This document shows, in pieces, positions 36,338 through 44,247 of a DNA stretch of 64,000 nt (within the stretch, counting starts at the first letter, position 1; each line of letters begins with the position of its first letter). The translations under genes and the position numbers were made by a program. Source of the DNA: Ostreococcus lucimarinus (lineage: Eukaryota); the NCBI GenBank assembly GCA_000092065.1, contig CP000587.1; one strand, given 5' to 3'. Under the pieces are notes generated by a model. The model was not told the DNA's origin, ran no database searches, and worked only from the letters and a program-made list of their open reading frames with translations.

Positions 36338-38455
36338 ATGGTGGCGCTGCCGCCGAGACCGACGTTCAGCGACGACGCGACGTCGGACGACGTCACCTCG
36401 AGCGACGCGTCGAGCGCTGAACGTCGAGCGGACGCGAACGCGCGCGAGACGGCGACGCGCGACGACGCGACGTCGCGGGACGACGACGTCGCGAGACGCG
36501 GGACGCGCGACGCGCGAGGGCGACGAGGACGTGCGGGACGAACGAGGGAAGAGGCGAGCGACGACGACGACGCGAACGACGGGGCGTCGTACTGGGCGAA
36601 CGCGCGAATCGCGGTGACGGAGTACGCGAGAGAGGATGCGATTGAAATCGCGCGAGAATTGCGCGCGCTGGGGGCGACGGCGACGGAACGGTACGACGAG
36701 GCGTGCACGCACGTGGTGACGCCGTTTCAGCGAGGCGAGGGGTACGAGCGCGGGATGATGGACGGGAAAATCGTCGTGTCGTACGCGTGGATCGAGGATT
36801 GCGCGACGCAAAAGAAGATTGTGGACCGAGACGCCAAGGCGCTGTACGCGCCGCTGCGAAGCGCCGAAGGCGTGGACGGATTCGGGACGCTGTGCGTCGT
36901 CGTGGACGGGTACGAAGGGCAGGAGAAGTTAGATATCGTGGAACTGATCGAAGCCGCGGGGGGGAGGGCGGACGAGGACGTGAGCGCGCAGACGACGCAC
37001 TTGGTGTGCCGTCGCGCGGGGTCGCCGGCGTACGCGCAAGCCGTGCTCGCGGGACGCGCGCGAGTCGTCAATCACGTCTGGGTGGAGGATTGCATTCGGC
37101 AGTGGACGCTGTTGCCGACGCGCGCGGGCGATCGGTACACCAAGCCCGGGGTGGAGATCGATTACGAGCTCGCGCTCGAGCGCGAGCGACGCGCGCGCGC
37201 CGAGGCGGAACGCGAGCTCGACGAGGAGGAGCGTCGAACGCAGAGCTTGCAAGAGCTGCTCGACGCCGAGGAGCGCGAGCGAGACGATTTGCAGCGACAG
37301 TTGGACGACAGCGAGTCGCAGCGCATGGCGCTTCGCGAGATGCTCGAGGGCGAGGCGGACAATCGCGAGGGCGTGTACGAACAATTTCTTCGTCAACGCG
37401 GCGACGTCGAAGAGTTGCAAAAGCTGCTGCGTCAATCCGAGGCGAGCCGGGCGGAGCAAGAGTCGCGAATCGTGCAGGGCGAGGAAGAAAGACGCTCGTT
37501 GCTTCGCCAACTCGAGCAAACGCGCGGGTTGCAGACGAATTTACAAACGCAATTCACGCACTCGCGTCAAGACTTGCTCACGCAGCTCGAACAACGCTTG
37601 CAACAAATCGAAGAGACGCGCTCGGAGCTCGCCGAGGAGCGCCGCGCGCACGCCGAGACGCGACAATTGTTGGAAGACGAACGCAAGGTGCAATTCACCG
37701 CGCACGAAAAGATTCGAGTCGCGGAGAAGGAGGCGAAGCAGGCGCGGGATCAGCTCAACGGCGAAGCGCGCGAAAAGACGGCGTTGCAAAAGCAATTGGA
37801 CGCCGAGCGTAAATCTCGTTTGCACATTCTCAGCGACTTTGACAACGAGCGCAAGCAACGCGAGCACTTGATTAAGCAGCTCGAGGCCGAGCAAAAGCTT
37901 CGTCAAAGTTTACAACAAGCCGTGAGCGCAAAGGAAGAGTTGCGCGTGCGCGCCGAGGAAGAGATTCAACGCCTCAACGAAGACATTCAAGAGATGATGG
38001 ACGAAATCGATCGCCTGAAGACGTTTGAACCGCCCGAGGTGGACGAAACGGAAAAGATTCAAGTGAAACTCTTCTTGGACGAGGACATTCGATTCCTCGA
38101 GCTCGAACGAGACGTGTCGTTCGAAGAGCTCGTCATCGCCGTGGGCAAGGTGTTCATCGAGTCGTACTCGATCAAGTTTGAAGACGCAGACAAGCACCAC
38201 ATCACGCTGCGATCGACGGACGACGTGCGCATCGCGTGTCGTCAACACGAAAAATCAGAAGCCTCGTATTTAAAGCTTCTTTTGGACAGAGCGATCAAAG
38301 AAAAGGGAGGCTTGTTCTCGATGCGTCGTAAAAAGTCACAGAGTCTCGGCGGCGACGCCGACGCGAAAAAGAAGGGCGGCTTGATGGATAAAATCTTGTT
38401 CTTCCGCAAGTCGAAAAAGTCGGGCGACGACGACGACGACGACGACGACGCGTGA
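36338..38455 (+). CDS. Tandem-BRCT, long coiled-coil, C-terminal PB1-like domain protein
   Basis: Two BRCT-like units (THVVTPFQRG...VVSYAWIEDC; THLVCRRAGSPAYAQA...VVNHVWVEDCIRQW). A ~330-aa heptad-rich Glu/Arg/Gln/Leu region follows. The C-terminus reads IQVKLFLDEDIRFLELERDVSFEELVIAVGKVF...IKFEDADKHHITLRSTDDVRIA, then a poly-Asp tail. Confidence 0.6.
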   Translation: MVALPPRPTFSDDATSDDVTSSDASSAERRADANARETATRDDATSRDDDVARRGTRDARGRRGRAGRTREEASDDDDANDGASYWANARIAVTEYAREDAIEIARELRALGATATERYDEACTHVVTPFQRGEGYERGMMDGKIVVSYAWIEDCATQKKIVDRDAKALYAPLRSAEGVDGFGTLCVVVDGYEGQEKLDIVELIEAAGGRADEDVSAQTTHLVCRRAGSPAYAQAVLAGRARVVNHVWVEDCIRQWTLLPTRAGDRYTKPGVEIDYELALERERRARAEAERELDEEERRTQSLQELLDAEERERDDLQRQLDDSESQRMALREMLEGEADNREGVYEQFLRQRGDVEELQKLLRQSEASRAEQESRIVQGEEERRSLLRQLEQTRGLQTNLQTQFTHSRQDLLTQLEQRLQQIEETRSELAEERRAHAETRQLLEDERKVQFTAHEKIRVAEKEAKQARDQLNGEAREKTALQKQLDAERKSRLHILSDFDNERKQREHLIKQLEAEQKLRQSLQQAVSAKEELRVRAEEEIQRLNEDIQEMMDEIDRLKTFEPPEVDETEKIQVKLFLDEDIRFLELERDVSFEELVIAVGKVFIESYSIKFEDADKHHITLRSTDDVRIACRQHEKSEASYLKLLLDRAIKEKGGLFSMRRKKSQSLGGDADAKKKGGLMDKILFFRKSKKSGDDDDDDDDA

Positions 38456-38478
38456 GGACGCAGACGCGTCGTCTCGCT

Positions 38479-38483
38479 TGTAA
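38479..38483 (+). terminator. Candidate TGTAA poly(A) signal (BRCT gene)
   Basis: TGTAA 24 nt after the stop at 38453-38455. Confidence 0.3.
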
Positions 38484-38562
38484 CAACCAATCGAATTGAA
38501 TCAACATCTTCGTAGAATTTCAAACAAAAGGACACCGCGCGTTATCAATCGGTATCAAACAA

Positions 38563-38567
38563 TTACA
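38563..38567 (-). terminator. Candidate TGTAA poly(A) signal (RTF2-like gene)
   Basis: TTACA on the + strand, 13 nt downstream of the stop (38580-38582) in gene orientation. Confidence 0.3.
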
Positions 38568-38579
38568 GTCTCAAACAAT

Positions 38580-39869
38580 CTACCACGCCTTGCGAGCGTT
38601 TCTGGCTAAAAAGTCGTCGTCTTTATCGTCCGCGGGATCGGCGGAGGACGTGAAGAGCGACGCGTACACCGCGGCGTCGGCATTTTTTGGCGCCTGAGCG
38701 ACAAACTTTTTACGCTTTGCGGCGTTTTCGCCGGCGTCGCCGCGCGTCGCGTCCGACTTGCCTCTTTTCGCCTTCTTCTTGCTGTCTTTCTTCGCTTTCT
38801 CTTCGTCTAAAATAGCCTTCAAAAGCTCGAGCTCTTCGCCACGAGGATTCACGGGAATGGGCGGCGGCGCGTCGGCGAGTTTCAATCCGTCGTTCATTTC
38901 CTCCACCGCCGCCTTGGCCTCGCGAAGCGCTTTGTCCGCGACGACCACGCCGCTCGGACGCATGACGACGAATTTCGTCTTCCCGTTGAAATCTAGCCCC
39001 GTGATCGGGCACGCGAACACCGCTTCGGCGTTGCCGCATCGAAAGTTTCTCGCGTTCACCGACGACGACTCAACCTTGGACGACTTGTCCGCGCGCCGCT
39101 TCTCAAATTTGCACGTCACGAGCGCCTTCATCCCGGTGATGTGCTCGATGCGTTTCGGCAGCGCGACGCCGTCGATGGCTTTATCGCGCAACGCCTTCAG
39201 CACGGGCTCTTTGTTATACAGCGCCCCGACGCGATCGACGACGACGCCGTTTTCCCCGCTCTCGAGCGGTTCCTCCGTCAACGCGCACGTGAACCATCGC
39301 GCCAAATCCTCCTCCGCCTCGTCCCTATCGCGCACGGTACTTTGCGCGGAATACCGCACGAACCCGCCGAGACTTTCCTTCTTCCGACTGAACGTCGTCC
39401 CCCCGTTCCACGCGTACATCTCCAAATACGCCGAACGCGACTCCGCGCCCGTGGCGCCGCCGTCGCCGCCCCCCCCCAGCAATCCCAGCGTCATCGCCCG
39501 TCCGTCCCCCCCGCGTCGCCGAACGATCTCGTACACATCGCTCGCGCCCCTCGACGTCGCGTCGGCGTCGATCACGTCGTCGTCCGCGTACTCCGCGCGC
39601 GCCGCCGTCTCGCCCGGCCGCCGCCGCCGCGTCAGCGCCAATCCTCGCACGTCCTCGCGCTCGCTCGCGCGCAGCGCCCGCGCCAGCACCTCGCGCGCCG
39701 TCGTCGCGTTCGGCACGACGTCCACGCCTCGAGCGCGCCCCGTCGCGGACGCGCGCGCGTCGCGAACGAAGATTTGTTTCGCGCGCGTCCCGACGTCCGT
39801 GGAACTTTTCGTCCCGTCTTCACCGCTCGCGCGCGCCGTCGCGCGCGCGCGCCGCGCGTCGACGCGCAT
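38580..39869 (-). CDS. RTF2 (Rtf2 RING-finger domain) protein with an N-terminal ubiquitin-like domain
   Basis: Rtf2-type strings: CALTEEPLESGENGVVVDRVGALYNKEPVLKAL and FACPITGLDFNGKTKFVVMRPSGVVVADKALRE. The N-terminal ~90 aa read KQIFVRD...VDVVPNATTAREVLARAL...VYEIVRRRGG (ubiquitin-like). Confidence 0.6.
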   Translation of the reverse strand: MRVDARRARATARASGEDGTKSSTDVGTRAKQIFVRDARASATGRARGVDVVPNATTAREVLARALRASEREDVRGLALTRRRRPGETAARAEYADDDVIDADATSRGASDVYEIVRRRGGDGRAMTLGLLGGGGDGGATGAESRSAYLEMYAWNGGTTFSRKKESLGGFVRYSAQSTVRDRDEAEEDLARWFTCALTEEPLESGENGVVVDRVGALYNKEPVLKALRDKAIDGVALPKRIEHITGMKALVTCKFEKRRADKSSKVESSSVNARNFRCGNAEAVFACPITGLDFNGKTKFVVMRPSGVVVADKALREAKAAVEEMNDGLKLADAPPPIPVNPRGEELELLKAILDEEKAKKDSKKKAKRGKSDATRGDAGENAAKRKKFVAQAPKNADAAVYASLFTSSADPADDKDDDFLARNARKAW

Positions 39870-39978
39870 CGTAGGTTCTCGCGTTCGCGCGCGCGTCGCG
39901 CGTCGCTCGACGGTCGACGCGTCGCGACGTGCGGCGACGCGCGTTCGTCACTCGTCGCCGCGCCGAAAAGTTTGCGTC

Positions 39979-41424
39979 ATGGACGACGACCTCGTCGCCG
40001 CGTTCAGCGCGAACCTGCTGAGCAAATCGTACGTGAACCAGGGCGCGCAGAGCCTGCGGGCGCACGACAAGGTGTTCGCCAGGTTGCTCGCGAATCGACG
40101 GATGCTCGGCAGAGGATTGAACGACGTCGCGATTGAATTCTTGGTGCACAAACTGAGCGTGATGGATTCGAATAATTTTATCGATAACGTCGGCGTGGGC
40201 GAGCGAGAGGGACGAGTGTTCAGCGACATGGTGCGACGACGGTGCTACTCGATGACGCACGGGATCGGGCGGTCGGGAGACATCACGGCGGAACAGCCAA
40301 AGGCGTGCGGGAGCTCGGCGGCGCACGCGTTGGCGCAGTGCATGGCGAGAGACGCGTTGAGATTGGCGGGAATGCGAGACCTGGGGAAGCGCGCGTTGGT
40401 GCTGCCGCTCGCGACTGGGATGACGCTGACGTTGGTGCTCAGCTCGTTGCGGTTGATGGTTAGAAATAGCGCGGATGGGGGGGTTGACGCGGCGGCGCCG
40501 AACGTCGTGATTTGGTGTCGCTTGGATCAAAAGACGTGCGTCAAGGCGGCTACGTGCGCCGGTCTCGAGATCGTCGTCATCGAGCCCGTGTTGAACGGTG
40601 ATCAATTAGATACGAACGTGCACGCGATCGAGCGCGCGATCGAGGACGTCGGTGTCGACCGACTCGTGGCTGTGGTGACGAGCACGAGTTGTTTCGCGCC
40701 GCGCGCGTGCGACGACGTCGAGACGGTGGCCAAGTTGTGCGAAAAGAAGAACGTCGCACACGTCATCAATAACGCCTACGGCGTGCAGAGTAGGGTGTTA
40801 TGCGAGCGTGTGAGCAAGGCGTGGACCGTCGGGCGCGTCGACGCGGTGGTGCAGTCGACGGATAAAAACTTCATGGTGCCCGTGGGCGGCGCCGTCGTGT
40901 GTTGCGGCAAGCGAAACGAGGCGTTGGTGGAAGCTGTGGCGCGCAACTACCCCGGACGTGCCTCGGCGTCGGCTAGCATGGATATGTTCATCACGCTGCT
41001 ATCCATGGGAGAGGAGCATTGGTTGCGTCTGCTCGACGAGCGAGAAAAGTTGTACGATTACATGCACGCAGAGCTGAGCAAAGTCGCCGAAGAGGAGGGC
41101 GAACGAATGTTGCGCACGCCCGGAAATCCCATATCGATGGCGATGACGCTTTCATGCGCTCGAGGCATTTCTCCGACTATGTTCGGCTCTATGCTGTTCT
41201 CGCGATGCGTCTCGGGCACGCGCGTCGTGGCGCCTGGAGAAGTCAAAACCGTCGGCGGCATCGAGTTTCACGGCTTCGGCGCGTCGCATTCGGCGTACCC
41301 GGAGACGTACTTTACCGCGGCCGCGGCGATCGGGACCACGCGCGCCGACGTCGATCGCTTCGCGTCAGTCTTGCGCAAGACTTTCAAGGATTTCAAGAAA
41401 AAGTCTCAGCCAGCTGCCGCATAG
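39979..41424 (+). CDS. SEPSECS: O-phosphoseryl-tRNA(Sec) selenium transferase (SepSecS)
   Basis: ATG at 39979 within ORF 38758..41424. Strings: LSVMDSNNFIDNVGVGEREGRV, HGIGRSGDITAEQPKACGSS, VQSTDKNFMVPVGG (PLP-Lys region). Confidence 0.8.
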   Translation: MDDDLVAAFSANLLSKSYVNQGAQSLRAHDKVFARLLANRRMLGRGLNDVAIEFLVHKLSVMDSNNFIDNVGVGEREGRVFSDMVRRRCYSMTHGIGRSGDITAEQPKACGSSAAHALAQCMARDALRLAGMRDLGKRALVLPLATGMTLTLVLSSLRLMVRNSADGGVDAAAPNVVIWCRLDQKTCVKAATCAGLEIVVIEPVLNGDQLDTNVHAIERAIEDVGVDRLVAVVTSTSCFAPRACDDVETVAKLCEKKNVAHVINNAYGVQSRVLCERVSKAWTVGRVDAVVQSTDKNFMVPVGGAVVCCGKRNEALVEAVARNYPGRASASASMDMFITLLSMGEEHWLRLLDEREKLYDYMHAELSKVAEEEGERMLRTPGNPISMAMTLSCARGISPTMFGSMLFSRCVSGTRVVAPGEVKTVGGIEFHGFGASHSAYPETYFTAAAAIGTTRADVDRFASVLRKTFKDFKKKSQPAAA

Positions 41425-41443
41425 ATTCTAGAATTTGCTATTT

Positions 41444-43234
41444 CTATTCGATTTCGTCGCGACTGCGCTTGCCCGACCCGTAGGACGCGAGGAGGACGTC
41501 AACACGCGCGAGCGCCGACTGCATGATCCCAATTTGCCCGGAAAGATACCAACGCGTCGCGTTAGCGACTGAGTGGGTGCTTTCGTGGTGCACCGTGCTC
41601 AGGCGGTGACTGAGCGAACCCTCTGATGCTTGCCGCTCCGCCACTAAATGGCACAGATGCGACCGCAGCTCGCAGAGAACTTTGTACTCGAGTTCGCCGT
41701 CGACGACGGTGTACGGATGGTATCCATCTATCCGTTCACACCACTCCATAAAACGTTGCGGAGCGCTCATGATCCTCATTTGCGTCAATACGCGATCGAG
41801 CGAACCATCGAGCGCGATGCACGCGGGAAGCTCCGTCAAATCGACTCCGCACATTTCCGAAGCGCGCGCGAGCGCTGCTGTTTGTTCCTCGTTCGCTTGG
41901 GACGCGAGCGATGAAAGCACCACGCGATCGTACGGGTTGCTCGGCAGAGTGAACCCGTAATACGCCATTAAGTCGGCGTTGTCTAAACGACCGTACGATA
42001 TAGTGATCGCGTCGCCCGGGCGCGCGCCGCGCGCGAGTTCTAGTCGAAACGCGCGCGTTCCGCGCTCCAATGACGTGTATCGCACGGAGTGCGCGTACAA
42101 CGCGTGATTACACAAAAACACGCCGGGAACGATAACCTCGTAAATTTGCAAAGTCTGAGGATCCTGCACCTTCATGGCGTACGACGTCCAAATGTCGTAC
42201 GCTAAAGCGAATCGCGAGTAATCGCCGAATACGCTCGCGGGAAACGCCTCCGGCACTTGTTCGCACAACGCCGGGAACAACGCGTCGTACTGCACTCGTA
42301 CTTTTCGCTGGTAATCGATCAATCGTTCGACTTGATCGTGGTCCATGACGAGTCGCATGGTGTCCACATCCCACGCCAACGCGGTGCACGGCGCGCGCGG
42401 AAGCGCGCGCAGCGTCGGCGCCCACGCTTCGTACAGGCGCGAGTCCTGGCCGCTCATCGCCGCCGCGAGCCATATCGTCATGATGATTTGATCGCCCATC
42501 GCCGTGAGTTGTTTCAAAACCTCACAAATCGGCGCGGACGATGAAAGCACCGCCTGCTCGACGCCGAGCAACGCGTCCCAAGGCACGCGCGCCGCCGCGT
42601 CGCCCGCGTCGACGGCGGCGCTCGCGCGCGCCTCTCGCATCCCCCCTTCGCTGACGTTCGCCACGAACTTAAACATCGCCCCTCGTTGCGTCGCCCAGAG
42701 AAACATCTCATCGCACGCGTCGTCACGCGCGGCGTTCGTCGTCGACGCAGCGCCCGCGAGCCCAGACAACGCGCGCGTCGCCTCCATTTTAAGCGTCTCA
42801 AGCGCGATTTCCGCCGCGCGGCGTCCATCCTCACCGATCGCCGATCCCGCGATCGCGTCGGCCAGCGCGCGCATCGCCAGCGCGTACGCCGCCGTGTCTC
42901 GTCCCGGCGACGCGCGCGCGTCGAGCGTCGCGTCTCCAGGATCCACGCCCTCGCGCGTCCTCGCGAACGCCTCGTCCGCCGCTCGCAGCGCGCGCGTCGC
43001 GTCCTCGATCGTCGCGCCGCGATGTTCGCGCGCGCCTCCCGCGCTCGCGCACCGCGCGATCGTCATCAACGCGCGCACTTTCTCCGCGATCCACCGTTCG
43101 CCGTCGTCCCTCGAGCTCGCTCGCGCGTCGTCTCGCGCGTCGAACGTCACCGCATTCGTCGCGAGCGTCGCGCGCGCGAGCTCGAGCGCGAACGCGTCGT
43201 CGACGCCGACGGCGATCTCGCACGCGACGGGCAT
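41444..43234 (-). CDS. SET-domain lysine methyltransferase (Rubisco LSMT-like architecture)
   Basis: The SET C-terminal core is FLCNHALYAHSVRYT...GDAITISYGRLDNADLMAYYGFTLPSNPYD. A helical substrate-binding-like region follows it. Confidence 0.6.
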   Translation of the reverse strand: MPVACEIAVGVDDAFALELARATLATNAVTFDARDDARASSRDDGERWIAEKVRALMTIARCASAGGAREHRGATIEDATRALRAADEAFARTREGVDPGDATLDARASPGRDTAAYALAMRALADAIAGSAIGEDGRRAAEIALETLKMEATRALSGLAGAASTTNAARDDACDEMFLWATQRGAMFKFVANVSEGGMREARASAAVDAGDAAARVPWDALLGVEQAVLSSSAPICEVLKQLTAMGDQIIMTIWLAAAMSGQDSRLYEAWAPTLRALPRAPCTALAWDVDTMRLVMDHDQVERLIDYQRKVRVQYDALFPALCEQVPEAFPASVFGDYSRFALAYDIWTSYAMKVQDPQTLQIYEVIVPGVFLCNHALYAHSVRYTSLERGTRAFRLELARGARPGDAITISYGRLDNADLMAYYGFTLPSNPYDRVVLSSLASQANEEQTAALARASEMCGVDLTELPACIALDGSLDRVLTQMRIMSAPQRFMEWCERIDGYHPYTVVDGELEYKVLCELRSHLCHLVAERQASEGSLSHRLSTVHHESTHSVANATRWYLSGQIGIMQSALARVDVLLASYGSGKRSRDEIE

Positions 43235-43515
43235 CGGCGCGTCGCGCGTCGTTCGTCGAGTCCCGGTCGCGTCGCGCGCGCGTCGCGGCGGGCCGCCTCG
43301 CGCGCGCGCCGCCGTGCGACGTCGCGCCGCCGTCGCGCGTCGGCGGGTCGGCGGCGCGCGCGTCCCGCGACGTTTCGCCTCCCCGCGACGATGGCGCGAT
43401 CGCGGCGTGCGCGGTGACGCCGGAAGGGCGCGCTCGGACGACGCGCGCCACCTCGCGACGACCCGCGTCGTTCGCGTCGCCGCGCGTCGTCCATCGACGT
43501 CGCGGCGCGACGCGG

Positions 43516-44082
43516 ATGACGCGCGAGACGCGCGAGACGCGCGAGACGCGCGCGAGACGCGCGAAGACGCGCGCGAACGACGGTTCGACCAAGGCTGGCG
43601 ACGCGAGCGCGAACGCGCGGACGCTCGTGACGTTCGGGTTCGGGTCGATGTCGCGAAAATACGCCGAGCGCGCGCGCGCGTCGCCGTCGTCGTCGCCGTC
43701 GCCGTCGTCGACGCGGGACGGGCGTCGCGCGGCGTCGAGCGAAGACGCGCGCGCGCGCGGCGTCGCGTGTCGCGTGTGCCTCGAGCCGGGCGACGACGAC
43801 GACAAGGGTCCGCTCGAATCGCTCGGGTGCGACTGCGCCGCGGACGTTAGATTCGCGCACGAATCGTGCGCCGCGCGTTGGTTCGCGCCCAAGACTCGCG
43901 GCGTGGCCGTCGGACGCGCCTTGGCGCGCGAGTGGTCGTTGACGTGGTCGTGCGCGTGCGAAATCTGCGGCGCCGCGCTCTCGCGCGACGTCACGCGTCG
44001 CGTCGTGCGCTTCGCGAAGCGCGCCGTTCGCGAGTTCGACGTTCGCTCGTCCTCGTCGTCGGATCGACGCCCGTCGGATTGA
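43516..44082 (+). CDS. RING-CH (RINGv, C4HC3) zinc-finger protein
   Basis: CRVCLEPG...LGCDCAADVRFAHESCAARW...CEICG fits C-x2-C...C-x-C...H-x2-C...C-x2-C. The track start at 43414 is GTG. The first ATG is at 43516; an alternative ATG is at 43648. Confidence 0.45.
   Translation: MTRETRETRETRARRAKTRANDGSTKAGDASANARTLVTFGFGSMSRKYAERARASPSSSPSPSSTRDGRRAASSEDARARGVACRVCLEPGDDDDKGPLESLGCDCAADVRFAHESCAARWFAPKTRGVAVGRALAREWSLTWSCACEICGAALSRDVTRRVVRFAKRAVREFDVRSSSSSDRRPSD
43519..43551. repeat. 9-bp tandem repeat (ACGCGCGAG)x3 plus a partial unit
   Basis: Read as TRETRETRETR at the start of the RING-CH ORF. Confidence 0.7.
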
Positions 44083-44122
44083 CGACGCGATTGATGACGC
44101 GCGCGTCGTCATTCAATCAACG

Positions 44123-44142
44123 CAATCAATCAATCAATCAAT
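44123..44142. repeat. (CAAT)5 microsatellite upstream of UBA1
   Basis: Five perfect tetramers in the RING-CH/UBA1 spacer. Confidence 0.9.
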
Positions 44143-44247
44143 CGACGCACCCATCGAATCGAACGACGAAACCCATCGCGCGCGCCTCGACGGCGATCTC
44201 TCTCGAGCGCGCGTCACTCGCCGACGCGACGCGCCGAGCGGTCGTAC

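Noticed and set aside
38758-39978. First 407 aa of the 888-aa ORF 38758..41424
   Set aside because: This part is antisense to the RTF2 gene and is Ser/Ala/Pro low-complexity. SepSecS homology begins at the ATG at 39979.
41363-41370. A sixth GACTGACG branch-box match (minus strand)
   Set aside because: It lies inside the SepSecS coding sequence (codons ..ASV..) and downstream of the SET gene stop. There is no matching donor or acceptor and no frame logic. One or two chance 8-mer hits are expected in 128 kb of two-strand sequence.
42504-44112. Stack of overlapping 240-450-aa ORFs on both strands over the SET gene 5' half and the RING-CH gene
   Set aside because: All are Ala/Arg/Ser low-complexity shadows. 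Only the SET (minus) and RING-CH (plus) frames contain recognisable domains.
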